From positions 736,001-800,000 of the forward strand of contig CAWAHW010000004.1 in the NCBI GenBank assembly GCA_963781885.1: a stretch of DNA of 64,000 nucleotides, in the 5' to 3' direction. The translations under genes and the position numbers were made by a program. Below are positions 41,465 through 52,068 of the stretch, piece after piece (the stretch's first letter is position 1; every line of letters begins with the position of its first letter). Origin of the DNA: an uncultured Spirochaetota bacterium (GTDB lineage Bacteria > Spirochaetota > Spirochaetia > SZUA-6 > Fen-1364). A model generated the notes under the pieces. It worked only from the letters and a program-made list of their open reading frames with translations. It did no database searches and was not told where the DNA came from.

Positions 41465-42775
41465 TCATGCCCCTTTCTTTTTGATGTCCACAGTGACGTC
41501 TCTTAGCTTCAGCTGCATTTTTTTCAAGAGCCTGTCGATCGTGATCACGTTGTCTTTCACCCTGAAGTTCACGATTTCACCGTTCTCTCCAAAAACCGCT
41601 GGCAGTTCGTGGTGGATGACAGATTCGGGCAGAACGATGTATGTCTTGCTTCCATCGTCTACCACCATGGTGGGAAGCCAATCGGGAGGATTGTTCTTTG
41701 GATAACTCACCGTGTAGTCGGTAGACATGAAGGCAGGATCCAATCCGTAATTGGCGGAGGCATTCTGGATTTGATTCGTTCCTTGCCCTGATAGCGAATC
41801 GCTTTGTTCTTTCTTGCTGTCAGGAGAGATGAAATCCAGCGGCATTCCAAAACCGGGGTACCGCCACATCACGGCCAACATGAATGTGTCTTTGAAACTC
41901 TTGATGATGAGGTGGTAGATTCGTTTGTCCGTGTTTACGATGAGTGTGGTTTCAAGCCCCTCTTCAGACGGCTTTAAGTACAGATGCTGCGTGTCCACCC
42001 CGCCCGTTTTGGAAACGCCTCCTCCGATGCTCCACCTCGTCGTATCACCGCAGAAAGGCCCTTCTATGACTTTCTCACCCGGCTGGAGGTACAGATCTGT
42101 TACGCGCAGGGGCATCGTGAATATCTGGTAGACCAAGGTGTCATCGTAGTCATAGAAAATCATCGCACCGTTGTAGTCCTTGGGTTTCATGACCCCTTGC
42201 GATACTGCGTTCGCGACAACCTCCCCCGGCTTTGGCGGTGCACTTTGAGTGATTTCGGGAAGGTAGATAGGCTTTTCGATGTAGATCCTCTTCTCTATTA
42301 CCACAGGGGGAGCTCCCGCGGACCCTTCAGCGGATGCAGAGGATTGAGGCGTGGAGGTTTGTGGATTCTGCTGGCTACTACCCGCAACGACTCCTGATGG
42401 AGTTTGCGATGCTGCTTGGTTTGGTTGTGTCCCATCCGTTGCAGGCGGGGTGGTTACGACGGCCTTTGAGGCGTGCTCGTCAGAAGTCCCTGTTGGTGCA
42501 GCGTTGGTTTTCGGTTGCACCGTGGCGTTTGCCACACTTGCATCAGTCCCTGAGCTCTGATCGGAAGTTGCATCTTGTCCCAAGGCTTCTTTGCTGTTCG
42601 GCTGGCTCGTCGGCTCAAACCCTCCTGCCTGCGACGCGCTGTCACCGCCTACGTTTCCCGCTTCAACGGCAACCAATTCTGGGCGCCTTTCCAGGTCTTT
42701 TGTCGTTGTGCATCCCGAAAGGGCAAGCGCGATGGTCAGGGCGAATACAAATGTTCGGATGTTTTTCATGATCAT
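41465..42775 (-). CDS. trbG: TrbG (VirB9), lipoprotein form
   Basis: LSGC lipobox, VTDLYLQPGE, GDTTRW, TLIVNTDKRIYH, DDGSKTYI. Confidence 0.88.
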   Translation of the reverse strand: MIMKNIRTFVFALTIALALSGCTTTKDLERRPELVAVEAGNVGGDSASQAGGFEPTSQPNSKEALGQDATSDQSSGTDASVANATVQPKTNAAPTGTSDEHASKAVVTTPPATDGTQPNQAASQTPSGVVAGSSQQNPQTSTPQSSASAEGSAGAPPVVIEKRIYIEKPIYLPEITQSAPPKPGEVVANAVSQGVMKPKDYNGAMIFYDYDDTLVYQIFTMPLRVTDLYLQPGEKVIEGPFCGDTTRWSIGGGVSKTGGVDTQHLYLKPSEEGLETTLIVNTDKRIYHLIIKSFKDTFMLAVMWRYPGFGMPLDFISPDSKKEQSDSLSGQGTNQIQNASANYGLDPAFMSTDYTVSYPKNNPPDWLPTMVVDDGSKTYIVLPESVIHHELPAVFGENGEIVNFRVKDNVITIDRLLKKMQLKLRDVTVDIKKKGA

Positions 42776-43479
42776 TTCCCCTGCTCTATGTCCTGGATCT
42801 GAAAGGAATCGATAAAGATCCCAAGCGGATTTAGCTTGATCTGCTGTGCATCCGGTTGGCCCTGCAGCACTGTGTAGATCCCGCGCTTCCTGATGGCACT
42901 CACTTCCTCGCCACTCGCGCTGGTCACACTCTCCACCCAGTCCGCCTGCCAGCTTTTTGCAGTCACCCGAATGAGGGTCTCAAGTTGGATCTCGCGTCGG
43001 CCACCACCGATCTTGGTAAACGCATCCTCTGCCTTGAGTAGCGCTGTGAGCACCCCTGAGCCCGTCTGGGTCACCATCGCGTAGGCTTCGCTGAGGTTCT
43101 TCAGCGTCATGTCCCGATCGGGCGATATCTGACGCGTGTACTGGATGAACTTGGTGAGGTAGTAACGCCAAGAGGCGTCGGTTATCGTCACCCCGCCCGC
43201 TTCGGCTTGCCCAATGTTTCCCATGTACTTCGATTCTCCCCAGGGCTGAACCTCGATTACGTAGGGAACGGTCTTTTGGAGGCTTGCGATGTACAGCCAT
43301 CCACCGATGGAAAGTACCAAGAACGCCAGAAGCGCCATCGATACCGTTCTCCAAGCCTTCTCACGCTTCCTGGACTCCCCGATGAACTCGTCAAACTCCT
43401 TCAGATTGCTGTTGAAGGGAGTGTCGTTCGTTCCCTCGTTGGGATAGGAGAGCCCACTCTTGTATTTCAGCTTCCCCAT
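42772..43479 (-). CDS. trbF: TrbF (VirB8-like)
   Basis: AWR-TM-VPYVIEV, SWQADWVE, NPLGIFI. Confidence 0.88.
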   Translation of the reverse strand: MGKLKYKSGLSYPNEGTNDTPFNSNLKEFDEFIGESRKREKAWRTVSMALLAFLVLSIGGWLYIASLQKTVPYVIEVQPWGESKYMGNIGQAEAGGVTITDASWRYYLTKFIQYTRQISPDRDMTLKNLSEAYAMVTQTGSGVLTALLKAEDAFTKIGGGRREIQLETLIRVTAKSWQADWVESVTSASGEEVSAIRKRGIYTVLQGQPDAQQIKLNPLGIFIDSFQIQDIEQGK

Positions 43480-43559
43480 TCTCTTTTCCTCATATTTTTA
43501 TGTCCTTTTGCTTTATATTCATTGATCCATCATTTCGGCCCTCCCTTCATTTGATACCC

Positions 43560-45128
43560 CTACTCGTCCTTCTGGCTTTCCCTTCGCAGGCCCTTCGCCG
43601 AACGCGCCTTGGCGTAGGAAACGAGTCCTGGAGTTTTACTTAACTGATGCGCCTGGGAGTGAGGGTTGCTCTGCCAGGCCGGTGGCCTGTGTTTCCCTCT
43701 GCCCAGCCCTCCTCCCGCTCCTCCTCCACCCCCTTGTGACGGAGAGCCCAGTGAATGTGACAAGGTGTGTCCTGCACTCCGCAACCCCGATCCCACAGAT
43801 CCTGCCAAGCTCTTCACGAAGGCCTGCCGCCCCGCTTGAGCCGCCCCTTTACGATCCTTAGGGGAATACCCGTTCTCTCCAGGAGTAAGCCCGCTCAATG
43901 TTGCATCCCGGGCACCCGATGCGGCTCCTCTTGCCTCCGACATCGCACCCACTCCCCTGGAAAGCCCTTGGTATGCACCACGCATTGCACCCCCTGAGAG
44001 GTACTTGGCAGCCCCCGCCAACACACCCGCTGTCTGAATGCCCTGCGTTACCGTGCGTACGGTGTTGAGAACCGTGTCTCCTGTCAGTGAGGGAGAACCT
44101 GAAAGAATCCCCGTGGCGATTGCAGGAACAGAGGATGCAAGAATCGCATACAGAAGCATCGTAAAGACGTACTTCACGATCTGGTCTAGACTTCCTGTAA
44201 ACTCCGTCGTTGCAAGGCTGACAAATGCACCAGAAAAGACGCCTATGATAACGATGATGAGAATTATCTTGATGAGGTGACCGAAGATTGCCCCTATGAA
44301 CTTCTCCGTTATGAATCGCGTCTTGTCAAAGAGAGCAAAGGGCACCAATAGTATTCCCACCCCGACAATTATCTGGTACTCAACCATGGCCATGATGTAT
44401 TGAAGTACCACGATGCCCGCGCAAATCATCATCGCAAGCAAGGCGACTATGCAAAGGAGCATCTGGCCAGCGTTTGTGAGTAGATTTCCCTTGAATGATG
44501 CAGCATACAAAGGCGTCGCTATGATCATGGTATACTTCATGATGCCATCGGGCCTGATGAACTCGGCCTGAATGTTCTTGCCATTGGCACCCTTGAAGGT
44601 GAAAGTTCCCGTAAACGATATGTTGGCCTTTGCGTTGGCAGCCAGCGTTTGGTAGTTGTCGGGCACCCTCGCGCTCTTGTCGCCCTTGGCTACCTTTTCA
44701 TAGTAAGCCTTCATGAGTGTGTCGGCCTGATTCTGCATCGTGGTTTGCGCATCCTGGAGCGCCGACCTCACCGGAACCAACCCTACGTTTTGCGCGAACT
44801 TCATAAGATTGGTCATGATGCTTGGATACCAAATCATCATCACCGTGATGATGAAAATGGTCAGAAGCCTCTTGTTAAGCTCCTTCTGGACTTCCCCGCC
44901 ATTCAGGGCCCACATGATCGCCATCAAACCCAGATCTATCATCAAGAGGATCCGACCTATGCTGTAGGCGGTGGCGGTGTAGGCCGCATAGAGATTCCCA
45001 AACCTACCCAGCAGATCGAAAAATGGCCCGTCGATCCACCCCTGCGTCGTTATGTCATCAGCAAAAGAAAGTGAGCCTGCAAGGAGCAACGCCAGCGTCG
45101 CAATGATGATCCTCTGCCTCTTGCTCAT
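43560..45128 (-). CDS. trbL: TrbL (VirB6)
   Basis: Polytopic; VE..I..GILLVPFALF.KT.F, PAIATGILSGSPSL and Gly/Ala-rich tail. Confidence 0.88.
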   Translation of the reverse strand: MSKRQRIIIATLALLLAGSLSFADDITTQGWIDGPFFDLLGRFGNLYAAYTATAYSIGRILLMIDLGLMAIMWALNGGEVQKELNKRLLTIFIITVMMIWYPSIMTNLMKFAQNVGLVPVRSALQDAQTTMQNQADTLMKAYYEKVAKGDKSARVPDNYQTLAANAKANISFTGTFTFKGANGKNIQAEFIRPDGIMKYTMIIATPLYAASFKGNLLTNAGQMLLCIVALLAMMICAGIVVLQYIMAMVEYQIIVGVGILLVPFALFDKTRFITEKFIGAIFGHLIKIILIIVIIGVFSGAFVSLATTEFTGSLDQIVKYVFTMLLYAILASSVPAIATGILSGSPSLTGDTVLNTVRTVTQGIQTAGVLAGAAKYLSGGAMRGAYQGLSRGVGAMSEARGAASGARDATLSGLTPGENGYSPKDRKGAAQAGRQAFVKSLAGSVGSGLRSAGHTLSHSLGSPSQGGGGGAGGGLGRGKHRPPAWQSNPHSQAHQLSKTPGLVSYAKARSAKGLRRESQKDE

Positions 45129-45138
45129 ATCCGGCCCC

Positions 45139-45946
45139 TCACTTGGAGTTGAAGAAATCCAAGCTCAGCGGGTTTCCAATCTCCTCACCCACGATTGCCT
45201 CATCCTGAGCTGAGCGTGATAGGGGCACTCCATTTCTCTGGAGGTCCGCCGTGAACCCTGCTACGTTGGTCGCCAGATTGCCCATTTGCAACTTCAAGTC
45301 CAGAAGCTCCTGAGCAATTTCGCCTTGGAGAAGCGCCGAAGTTTGAAGTCCCGCCACCACCGACTGCTCCCCTTGTGCCTGCTGCAGAAGATTGCTGATT
45401 CGTTGTTGCTCCTCCTTCGCGTTCTTCTCGTTATCCGCGGCAATGTGCCGCTGACTTTCTTGCAGCGCTTGTGGTCATGTCTTTCAACTGGTTGGCCACT
45501 GTCACCAGGTCGGGAGACATGCCCAATAGATCGTATGCAGCAAGCTCATCGGAAGTGCCGCCTTTACCATTTGCGATATCACCAATCTTCTTTTGGTAGG
45601 CGTCCCAATATCCCAGCACATCGCTCAAGGCAAGATTTTGACCGTTCACATTAATTTGCAGGGCCTTGATCCTGCTCTCGGTCGTCAATACATAACTCGC
45701 CTGGCCGCTCAGAAAGCTCATGAAATCGTTGTAGCTGTTCAACTTCAGCGACTTTAGGGACTGGACCTGGTTCTGTAGGCTCTGATAGACGTAGGAGACT
45801 TCCTTCAGTTCATTCTGGATCTGCTGGATCATCTTTGCCGTCTGCGCAACCTCTTCCGCATAAATGAGTGGCGAGAATGCGTCCTGCGCATTCGCATGAA
45901 TCACAAATGCTGCAAGGAGCAATAGCAATGCTGCTTTTCGTTTCAT
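45139..45946 (-). CDS. trbJ: TrbJ (VirB5-like); frameshift near 45440
   Basis: Signal peptide, QTAKMIQQIQNE coiled coil; lies between trbE and trbL. Confidence 0.7.
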
Positions 45947-48411
45947 ACTGCGTCCTCCGTGCTAAGGTCTTCGCTGAAAAGCCTGTTGGCCTTCTCCAAC
46001 AAGCTCTCCCCATCGCGCGCTGTTTTGTGTTCGAGAATCTCGTACAGGATGTCGGCCGCGTCCTTCTGTGAAACCTCATCCAGAAATGCATGATCCTGAC
46101 CCGTGATAAGGCCAAGCTGGATCGGACCCAGCTCGAGCCTGAACAGTCTTGTTCCCAGCGAAGATTTGTAGAAGTAATCCCGTTTCTTCTGGCTCCTGGC
46201 GATCAGGTCGATTTCAGGATCACTTAGGCCGAAGCTTCGATACATCTCCCGCGATCCCGGCGCCTGCGCCTCCTCGTCGGGCAGGTAGATCTTTGTATGG
46301 CACTGTTGGAGGATGGTTGAGGCGATATCGCTTTTCGCGGCATCCGCGATCTCCTGTGTCGCATAGACGCAGGCAACGTTCTTCTTTCGAAGCGTCTTCA
46401 GCCAGTTCTGTTGCTGGCGCTTGAAAGTCTCATGCCGTAGGAAAAGCCACGCCTCATCAAGCACGAGCATCGTCGGGCGTCCATCAAAAAGATCCTCAAG
46501 CTCGTGAAACATGTACGAGAGGGCTGGCATCACCGCCTTGTCCCCCAACTGCATCAAGGGGCCCATCTCGATCATGATCCAGAAGTCATCCTTCAGAGAG
46601 CTTTCACTGGCATCAAAGATCGTTCCATAGGGACCATCTACGGTGTAGGGTTGAATCCCAGTCTTTATCTCATCGTTCTGTACGTATTGATGGAAGGTCG
46701 AGAGCGTACGCCGCGACACATCAACGGTCTTCATTATCTTGAGGGCCTCGATTATCAAAGCGGTCTTCTCGGCGTTCATGGGAACATTTTGCAGCGACAG
46801 CAAAAGATCTATGAACTCCGCAGCCCAAATCACGTCCTCTTCCCTTTCAAGCTTTCGAAGCGGCTGGAAGAGGACAGCTTCGGTCACAGGTTCATAGTAG
46901 GATCCCCCTACCACGTAGGTGAGCTGTCGAGAAGAGCGGTCCTTGTCAAAAAGAATCACCCTCGAATGTGGATACTTCAGCCACTGCACCATGAGCAGCC
47001 CCAGCAGCGTGGACTTTCCAGCACCCGTGGGACCAGCAATAAAGGTGTGTCCCACATCCCCCACATGCAGGTTCAGGAAGAAGGGCGTAGAGAAGTTCGT
47101 GCTGCACGTGAGAAGAGGAACGCCAACGCCGCAGACCTCATCCAGAAAGGAATTGCTTTTCATCCCCGTCCACACGGCTGTGATTGGCACCACATGCGCC
47201 ATATTGCCCGTCGATACCAGCGGCCGCCTGATGTTGGCATACACGTGCCCCGGCATCATTCCCTGCCAGGCTCTGAATGAGTTAAGAGTCTCGGTAATGC
47301 AGGTAAATCCGTTCGCCTGGATGAGTTTTCTCGCAAAGCCCGCCTTCTCTTGCGCGGCTTTGTGGTCCTTGTCCCAGACCTGCAAGCATGAGGTGTAGTA
47401 CCCGTAGCCAACCACATCGTTGACGCATTCAACCTGGGCCTCATTCGCATCCTGCTCCATGGAAAGCGCTCCCTGGTTCACTCGTGCATCGGTGACCTCT
47501 TTCGTCATGGCTTCCCCAGCGAACTGTTTCCAATTCTTTCGAGATCCGTAGTATTTCTTCTGATAGCTCTCGATGGCCTTAAGCGCATCGGCTTTGTCAA
47601 GGCAGATGAACCTGCTCACCCATCGGTACTCGATGTCCGCCCTGTTTAGCGCATCAAGGATGCCCGGATACGTTTCCATCGGGAAATCGTTAATCGTTAT
47701 GATAGGGCAGAAGTACTCACCCACTCGCAGTTCTGTGCCAGTGTGGACCTCGGTGTCCACCAGAAACCGATCCAGGAACGCCATGCGGCTGGGCGGCCGC
47801 ACCCTGTGCCAGTCCATGGAGAGTGAGGTATGCAGGTACGACAGGGTCTCCTCATTGTCCAGGGGCTGGATTTCCATCTTGGCCGAAAGGATTCCCGCCA
47901 CATCATCGCAGACGGAAGTGAACTTGCGTACATCCTCGATTATGCTCTGCTCATCCCCTTTGCCTTCCTTGTAAAAGACCCCCGTTGCTTTGCGCACCGC
48001 ATCCGCGGGTGACTCCCAGACGAAGGTGAGGTAGTAGGACTTCGCATGGTGCTTGCCGTAGGCGGTATAGGTCGCCTTCCTCTCGGCATCAACGAGAAAC
48101 GCAGCGCGGTTGGTGAACTTCGCCCCGGGGTACTCCGCAGTCATGTAGCTCTGTATCTCGGTGTAGACAGCCCAACCCGATCCGAATCGTTTCAGAGCGT
48201 CGTTGAGTTGAATCGATATGGATGCAACGGAAGCCGATGAGGCGGCATCGAGATCGGGCCCTCGAAAAGCATAGCTCTTTTGCATGCACCCGCCCTTTTG
48301 AATCACCACACCGTAGGCCCCCTCACAGTCGGCCATAAACGCCCAGGGCACATATTTGGAAAGCCTTGTAGTTGGCTCTTTATGGATCTTCTTAGCGAAT
48401 CCTAGAAACAC
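45943..48411 (-). CDS. trbE: TrbE (VirB4) ATPase
   Basis: YVPWA, FRGPDLD, DVGHTFIAGPTGAGKS, VLDEAW, WLKTLRKKN, ATQ. Confidence 0.95.
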   Translation of the reverse strand: MFLGFAKKIHKEPTTRLSKYVPWAFMADCEGAYGVVIQKGGCMQKSYAFRGPDLDAASSASVASISIQLNDALKRFGSGWAVYTEIQSYMTAEYPGAKFTNRAAFLVDAERKATYTAYGKHHAKSYYLTFVWESPADAVRKATGVFYKEGKGDEQSIIEDVRKFTSVCDDVAGILSAKMEIQPLDNEETLSYLHTSLSMDWHRVRPPSRMAFLDRFLVDTEVHTGTELRVGEYFCPIITINDFPMETYPGILDALNRADIEYRWVSRFICLDKADALKAIESYQKKYYGSRKNWKQFAGEAMTKEVTDARVNQGALSMEQDANEAQVECVNDVVGYGYYTSCLQVWDKDHKAAQEKAGFARKLIQANGFTCITETLNSFRAWQGMMPGHVYANIRRPLVSTGNMAHVVPITAVWTGMKSNSFLDEVCGVGVPLLTCSTNFSTPFFLNLHVGDVGHTFIAGPTGAGKSTLLGLLMVQWLKYPHSRVILFDKDRSSRQLTYVVGGSYYEPVTEAVLFQPLRKLEREEDVIWAAEFIDLLLSLQNVPMNAEKTALIIEALKIMKTVDVSRRTLSTFHQYVQNDEIKTGIQPYTVDGPYGTIFDASESSLKDDFWIMIEMGPLMQLGDKAVMPALSYMFHELEDLFDGRPTMLVLDEAWLFLRHETFKRQQQNWLKTLRKKNVACVYATQEIADAAKSDIASTILQQCHTKIYLPDEEAQAPGSREMYRSFGLSDPEIDLIARSQKKRDYFYKSSLGTRLFRLELGPIQLGLITGQDHAFLDEVSQKDAADILYEILEHKTARDGESLLEKANRLFSEDLSTEDAV

Positions 48412-48485
48412 ATCTCACCGCCTCACCTTCCTCACCCTGCCCTCAACCACGACAACTTTCACTTCGCCCACGGTCAATCCGGCAT

Positions 48486-50130
48486 TCACGGCCCACCCCC
48501 CATTTTATCCGCTACTCCGCTACCCGATCCCTCATCTTTGCGAATTCGCTGTAAAAACCCCATGTTTTGCGCTTTGCCATCGGTAGCGGTTGGGTAGCGG
48601 TAGCGGCAATTATCCGCTACCTCCTCTCCATTCGGGCCCTTGAGTGGCGGCAAATACCGCATCCACGCATCGCTGAAGCTCTCACGTTTGTACCCCTTGG
48701 CAACCGTATCCTTGCCAGCTCTCGCCATCCCGGCCGATCTTCAGGTTTGCACTCACGATGCCAAAGGCCTTAAGCATGCGGCCCAGGCCCCGCGGATTGA
48801 TTCGTTCTCCGCGGTAGAAGGTGGACCAGGGCGACTCCTCCAACTCGCAAAGCCTGTCGATGAGTACGCTCGTCGCAATGGCCTTGCAATCCGTTCCTTC
48901 CGCGCCAAATACGGCCCGAATGTCCTTGAGTAGCTCGAAGCGCACGTCCTGCTCCTCATCCCTTCCTGCCCCCGAGAGCTCCAACGCCGATGCACGCGCT
49001 CGTAACGGCCACTCTCCTCCCGCCATGTCGGCGATCGCCAACAGGGCAGCCCAGTTGTCCGATGCCCTGTCGTTAAGGCCTGAGGGTATTAAGGGCCGCG
49101 CTTTCCCCACCGCTCTCCCGTGATCCCCAGCCCACCGAAGGAGCTTTCGACGGATCTCCTTGAACTCCCCCTGATCGTCCAGGACGGAAAAGCGACGAAT
49201 CTTTTCGTTTTCAAGCTTCCTGCGTAGCTCTACGACTATGGAGCGGTCTTCCATCGTGTCAGGGATATGTCCGATACCCGCAAGCACCTTCGCCCCGAAT
49301 GCTTCAAAAGACACCACTTCCCTGTCCTCCCCGACGCAGCGAAGCACGCGGCTTGATGTGCGGTCATTCCCCGCGTTAAGGAGCCCTCGAAGGGCTTCCG
49401 CGGTATCGGTTTTTTGAGTGAGAGTGGCATCCACTTCATCCAGGAGCAGTGTGGGCTGTAAGGAATCAACGATCCGATAAAGCGCCGCCGATGAAATGCT
49501 TGAAACGCTCAAGGCGCGAAAACTCATCCGGAGGAGCAACCCCAGCAGCGTCGTTTTGCCGCTTCGCTTCACCGCACTTTTCAATAGAAGCATCGGGCAT
49601 AGCTGCAAATCGCTTACTGTGTAGGTGAGCATCGTGTACAAGGCCACAGCCAGCACGCCCCCCGAATCAAGGACTACATGCTCGCGAAGTTTTTCCAATA
49701 TCGTGCAGAGGATCTCTGCCGTTCCCACCGGCTGCGGCCATGGATCTTCCAGGGGCAGTTCCACCTTCTTCCCCCCGCCGGGCCTTGTCTCGTTAAGCGA
49801 TTGGTGTAGCTGTCTCCACCATTTGCGTAGGAGCCCCGCGCTCACTCCATGCCGCTTGGCGATCTCTTTCAAACGGAGCTCGAACTCATTCTCCTTAAGG
49901 TCCTCAATCTCAGCGATGATCCTTTGAAACTTCTCATTTGCCGCGGCCGCCTCTGCACCACCGCAAGCTTCTTGGAGCTCAAGGCTACGCCGTATTTCGA
50001 TTTTTACGGCTGCGAACTCTTCATTTGTGAGCTCGCTGATCGGACGGTTAAGCAATCCTTGTCCGTTGCTGCCTCCCGAAGCCGCCTTTCCAGCCCCGCT
50101 ATCCAGGTCTTTGTTATCGGCCGGCGCCAT
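48486..50130 (-). CDS. DUF3631 P-loop replication-associated protein; frameshift near 48720
   Basis: KRSGKTT, PTLLLDEVD, LLNAG, DRSIVVELRRK, DRASDNW, then KGYKRESFSDAWMRYL in the next frame. Confidence 0.85.
48509..48620 (-). repeat. Six-copy GTAGCGG heptamer array (ori-like)
   Basis: CCGCTAC x2, GTAGCGG x3, CCGCTAC x1 on the + strand. Confidence 0.85.
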
Positions 50131-50311
50131 TTCCAGCCCTCCCTGATCCGGGTTGGGAAGCCAATGTGCACTCTTCGACACTCTTGAAGACCTTCGCGAT
50201 CTGCCCGTCGTGCAACTGCACTCCGATTGAAAGACGGCCGAAAGGCGTGCGGGGTATCTCTGCCTTCAACCACTCGATTGCCGCTGAAAGCCCATCGTCG
50301 GCGCCACTCAT
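50114..50311 (-). CDS. Small hypothetical protein (DUF2292-like)
   Basis: PFGRLSIGVQLHDGQIAKV; coupled to the xis-like gene. Confidence 0.55.
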   Translation of the reverse strand: MSGADDGLSAAIEWLKAEIPRTPFGRLSIGVQLHDGQIAKVFKSVEECTLASQPGSGRAGNGAGR

Positions 50312-50499
50312 TTTTCACTCCCCAGGGGTGCGACCGCCATGCTGTTAACCCAGGTATGTATTTCATCGGGATCGAATCGAACGTGTCGTGAGATTTTGAA
50401 AAAGGGAATCGTTCGAGTCGCTACGGCGTGGTCGACAGAGGAGATCGAACGCCCTAAAAATCGAGCAACATCTTTCTTTGTCCAAAGCTCCCGATCCAT
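50308..50499 (-). CDS. Excisionase-like HTH protein
   Basis: LWTKKDVARFLG..IPFFKISRHVRFD. Confidence 0.85.
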   Translation of the reverse strand: MDRELWTKKDVARFLGRSISSVDHAVATRTIPFFKISRHVRFDPDEIHTWVNSMAVAPLGSEK

Positions 50500-50590
50500 A
50501 CCCTTTCCTCCTGCCCAAGCTTTTTGATGCTTTCAGGGGAGAGCGTATCGAACAGAAGCCAGCAAAAACCTCTACCGGTCTAGTAGCGGT

Positions 50591-51376
50591 CTAGCTATTT
50601 CCTTGAATTTTTTCAATTATTTCATCAATCGACTCGTGATTCTTTGGCTTACCCGCTTCATCCCCAGGGGCCTTATTGTTGTGGTATTGATAGGCCCATG
50701 CGCCAAGATCCTTTCGGGTGATCGGCCTACCCTTTCTGTCCCTGAAAACCCCATCAAGTGCCGCCCACAATTCCCCGTCATCATCAACTGCTTCTTTATC
50801 GCACAAAGCCTCGAATAAGTAGGGAAGCAAGCGATTGGTCCAATTCCACTGCACTCCCAATCGCTCTGCGGAACGCGGCTTTCCAGACATGTTGCTCTTT
50901 TGCGATGTTGCTTCGGCGACAAGCGGAATGAACCCGGTTTCACGCAATCTCTCAAGTTTCTTGCGCTCTCGAGACAGAGCTCTCAGGTAGAAGCGTTGAA
51001 AATCAGCATGCCAGACCACATCGTGCCGGCCATCGGCGGAGAGTTTGACCTCTATGGGGAGGACATCCTTATCACTCCCGCGATTCTGGGGGGCCAATCT
51101 TTCCAATTGCTCATTGGCCAACTTGACACGAAGCTTGAGGGCCAACCAGGTCAAACGACTCTCAACGTCCCTAATGTCGAGATCTTCTTCGAGGTGCTTT
51201 GCCGCAAAACCATAATCGATCCACGATCCGCGCTCCTGAAGCCAGTATTGCAGCCGTTTTTCCACAATGTCCAAGTACGCCCGGGCCGCCTCATAGTTCC
51301 CGAGTGTCACCTTCCAGTATTCAGCTATCTTTTGGAAGTTGAAGTCGAAATGTGGATAGCGATCTTCGTTACTCAT
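50591..51376 (-). CDS. Hypothetical protein
   Basis: 261-aa ORF with GGGAGGG RBS, upstream of xis. Confidence 0.65.
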   Translation of the reverse strand: MSNEDRYPHFDFNFQKIAEYWKVTLGNYEAARAYLDIVEKRLQYWLQERGSWIDYGFAAKHLEEDLDIRDVESRLTWLALKLRVKLANEQLERLAPQNRGSDKDVLPIEVKLSADGRHDVVWHADFQRFYLRALSRERKKLERLRETGFIPLVAEATSQKSNMSGKPRSAERLGVQWNWTNRLLPYLFEALCDKEAVDDDGELWAALDGVFRDRKGRPITRKDLGAWAYQYHNNKAPGDEAGKPKNHESIDEIIEKIQGNS

Positions 51377-52068
51377 TCCCGTTCCCCTCCCTTAAGCCCG
51401 CACAAAAGCGATAAGGCTTGAAAGGTAAACATTCTTTCAGAAACGTCAGGCGGACGTTATATCCTATGGTTTCCTGCCTTAATCAGGACGAAACGCTATG
51501 TCTTGCACTTGTCCTTTCTTCTGGGCGTTCTATTGCTTTTGTATCCGAAAACGCTTCGAATGCATGGCGAATCTTAGAGAAACCGATCCCTCCGACAATT
51601 GGGTGAGAATCTGTTCACGGTTGTGTGTGAAGGACTCGCCTTTTTCGGACCTGAACTGGATTTTTCTTCGGTCTTGATGACGAGGCGCTTCAGAATTCTT
51701 GAAGCATCAACATTTGCATACATCATTTATCTTCCCGCTTTGATACCGAGTCCAAGATTCGAAGCGAATTGCTATGCAATCCGTGACGTACGATCACAAA
51801 TCAAGACAACTTGGTCGTGAAGATATGTCACGATAATACAATATTCGGCAATAGCGCAGAATACTTGCCTTAAAAAGAAGCTTGCTTTTGAGCTGCAAAC
51901 TTTGCTTTTGCTGCCTGCTGCAACTCTTTGATAACCATCATAGACCGTTGCAGGTCTATGCAAACCATCGATGGATCCGACGGATCGTGCATAGAGGGGA
52001 AAATTGAACTCTTCTGAGCATGCGCCGAACATTGACAGTCGTTCCTTTTGTCACAGGTTGGGGCGCAG

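Larger units (their letters stand above)
18237..48411. mobile_element. Tn4371-like conjugative element core (boundaries unresolved)
   Basis: Relaxase-traG-copG-trbBCD and trbEJLFGI, plus parAB, ardC, ssb and a DarB-like gene. Confidence 0.85.
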
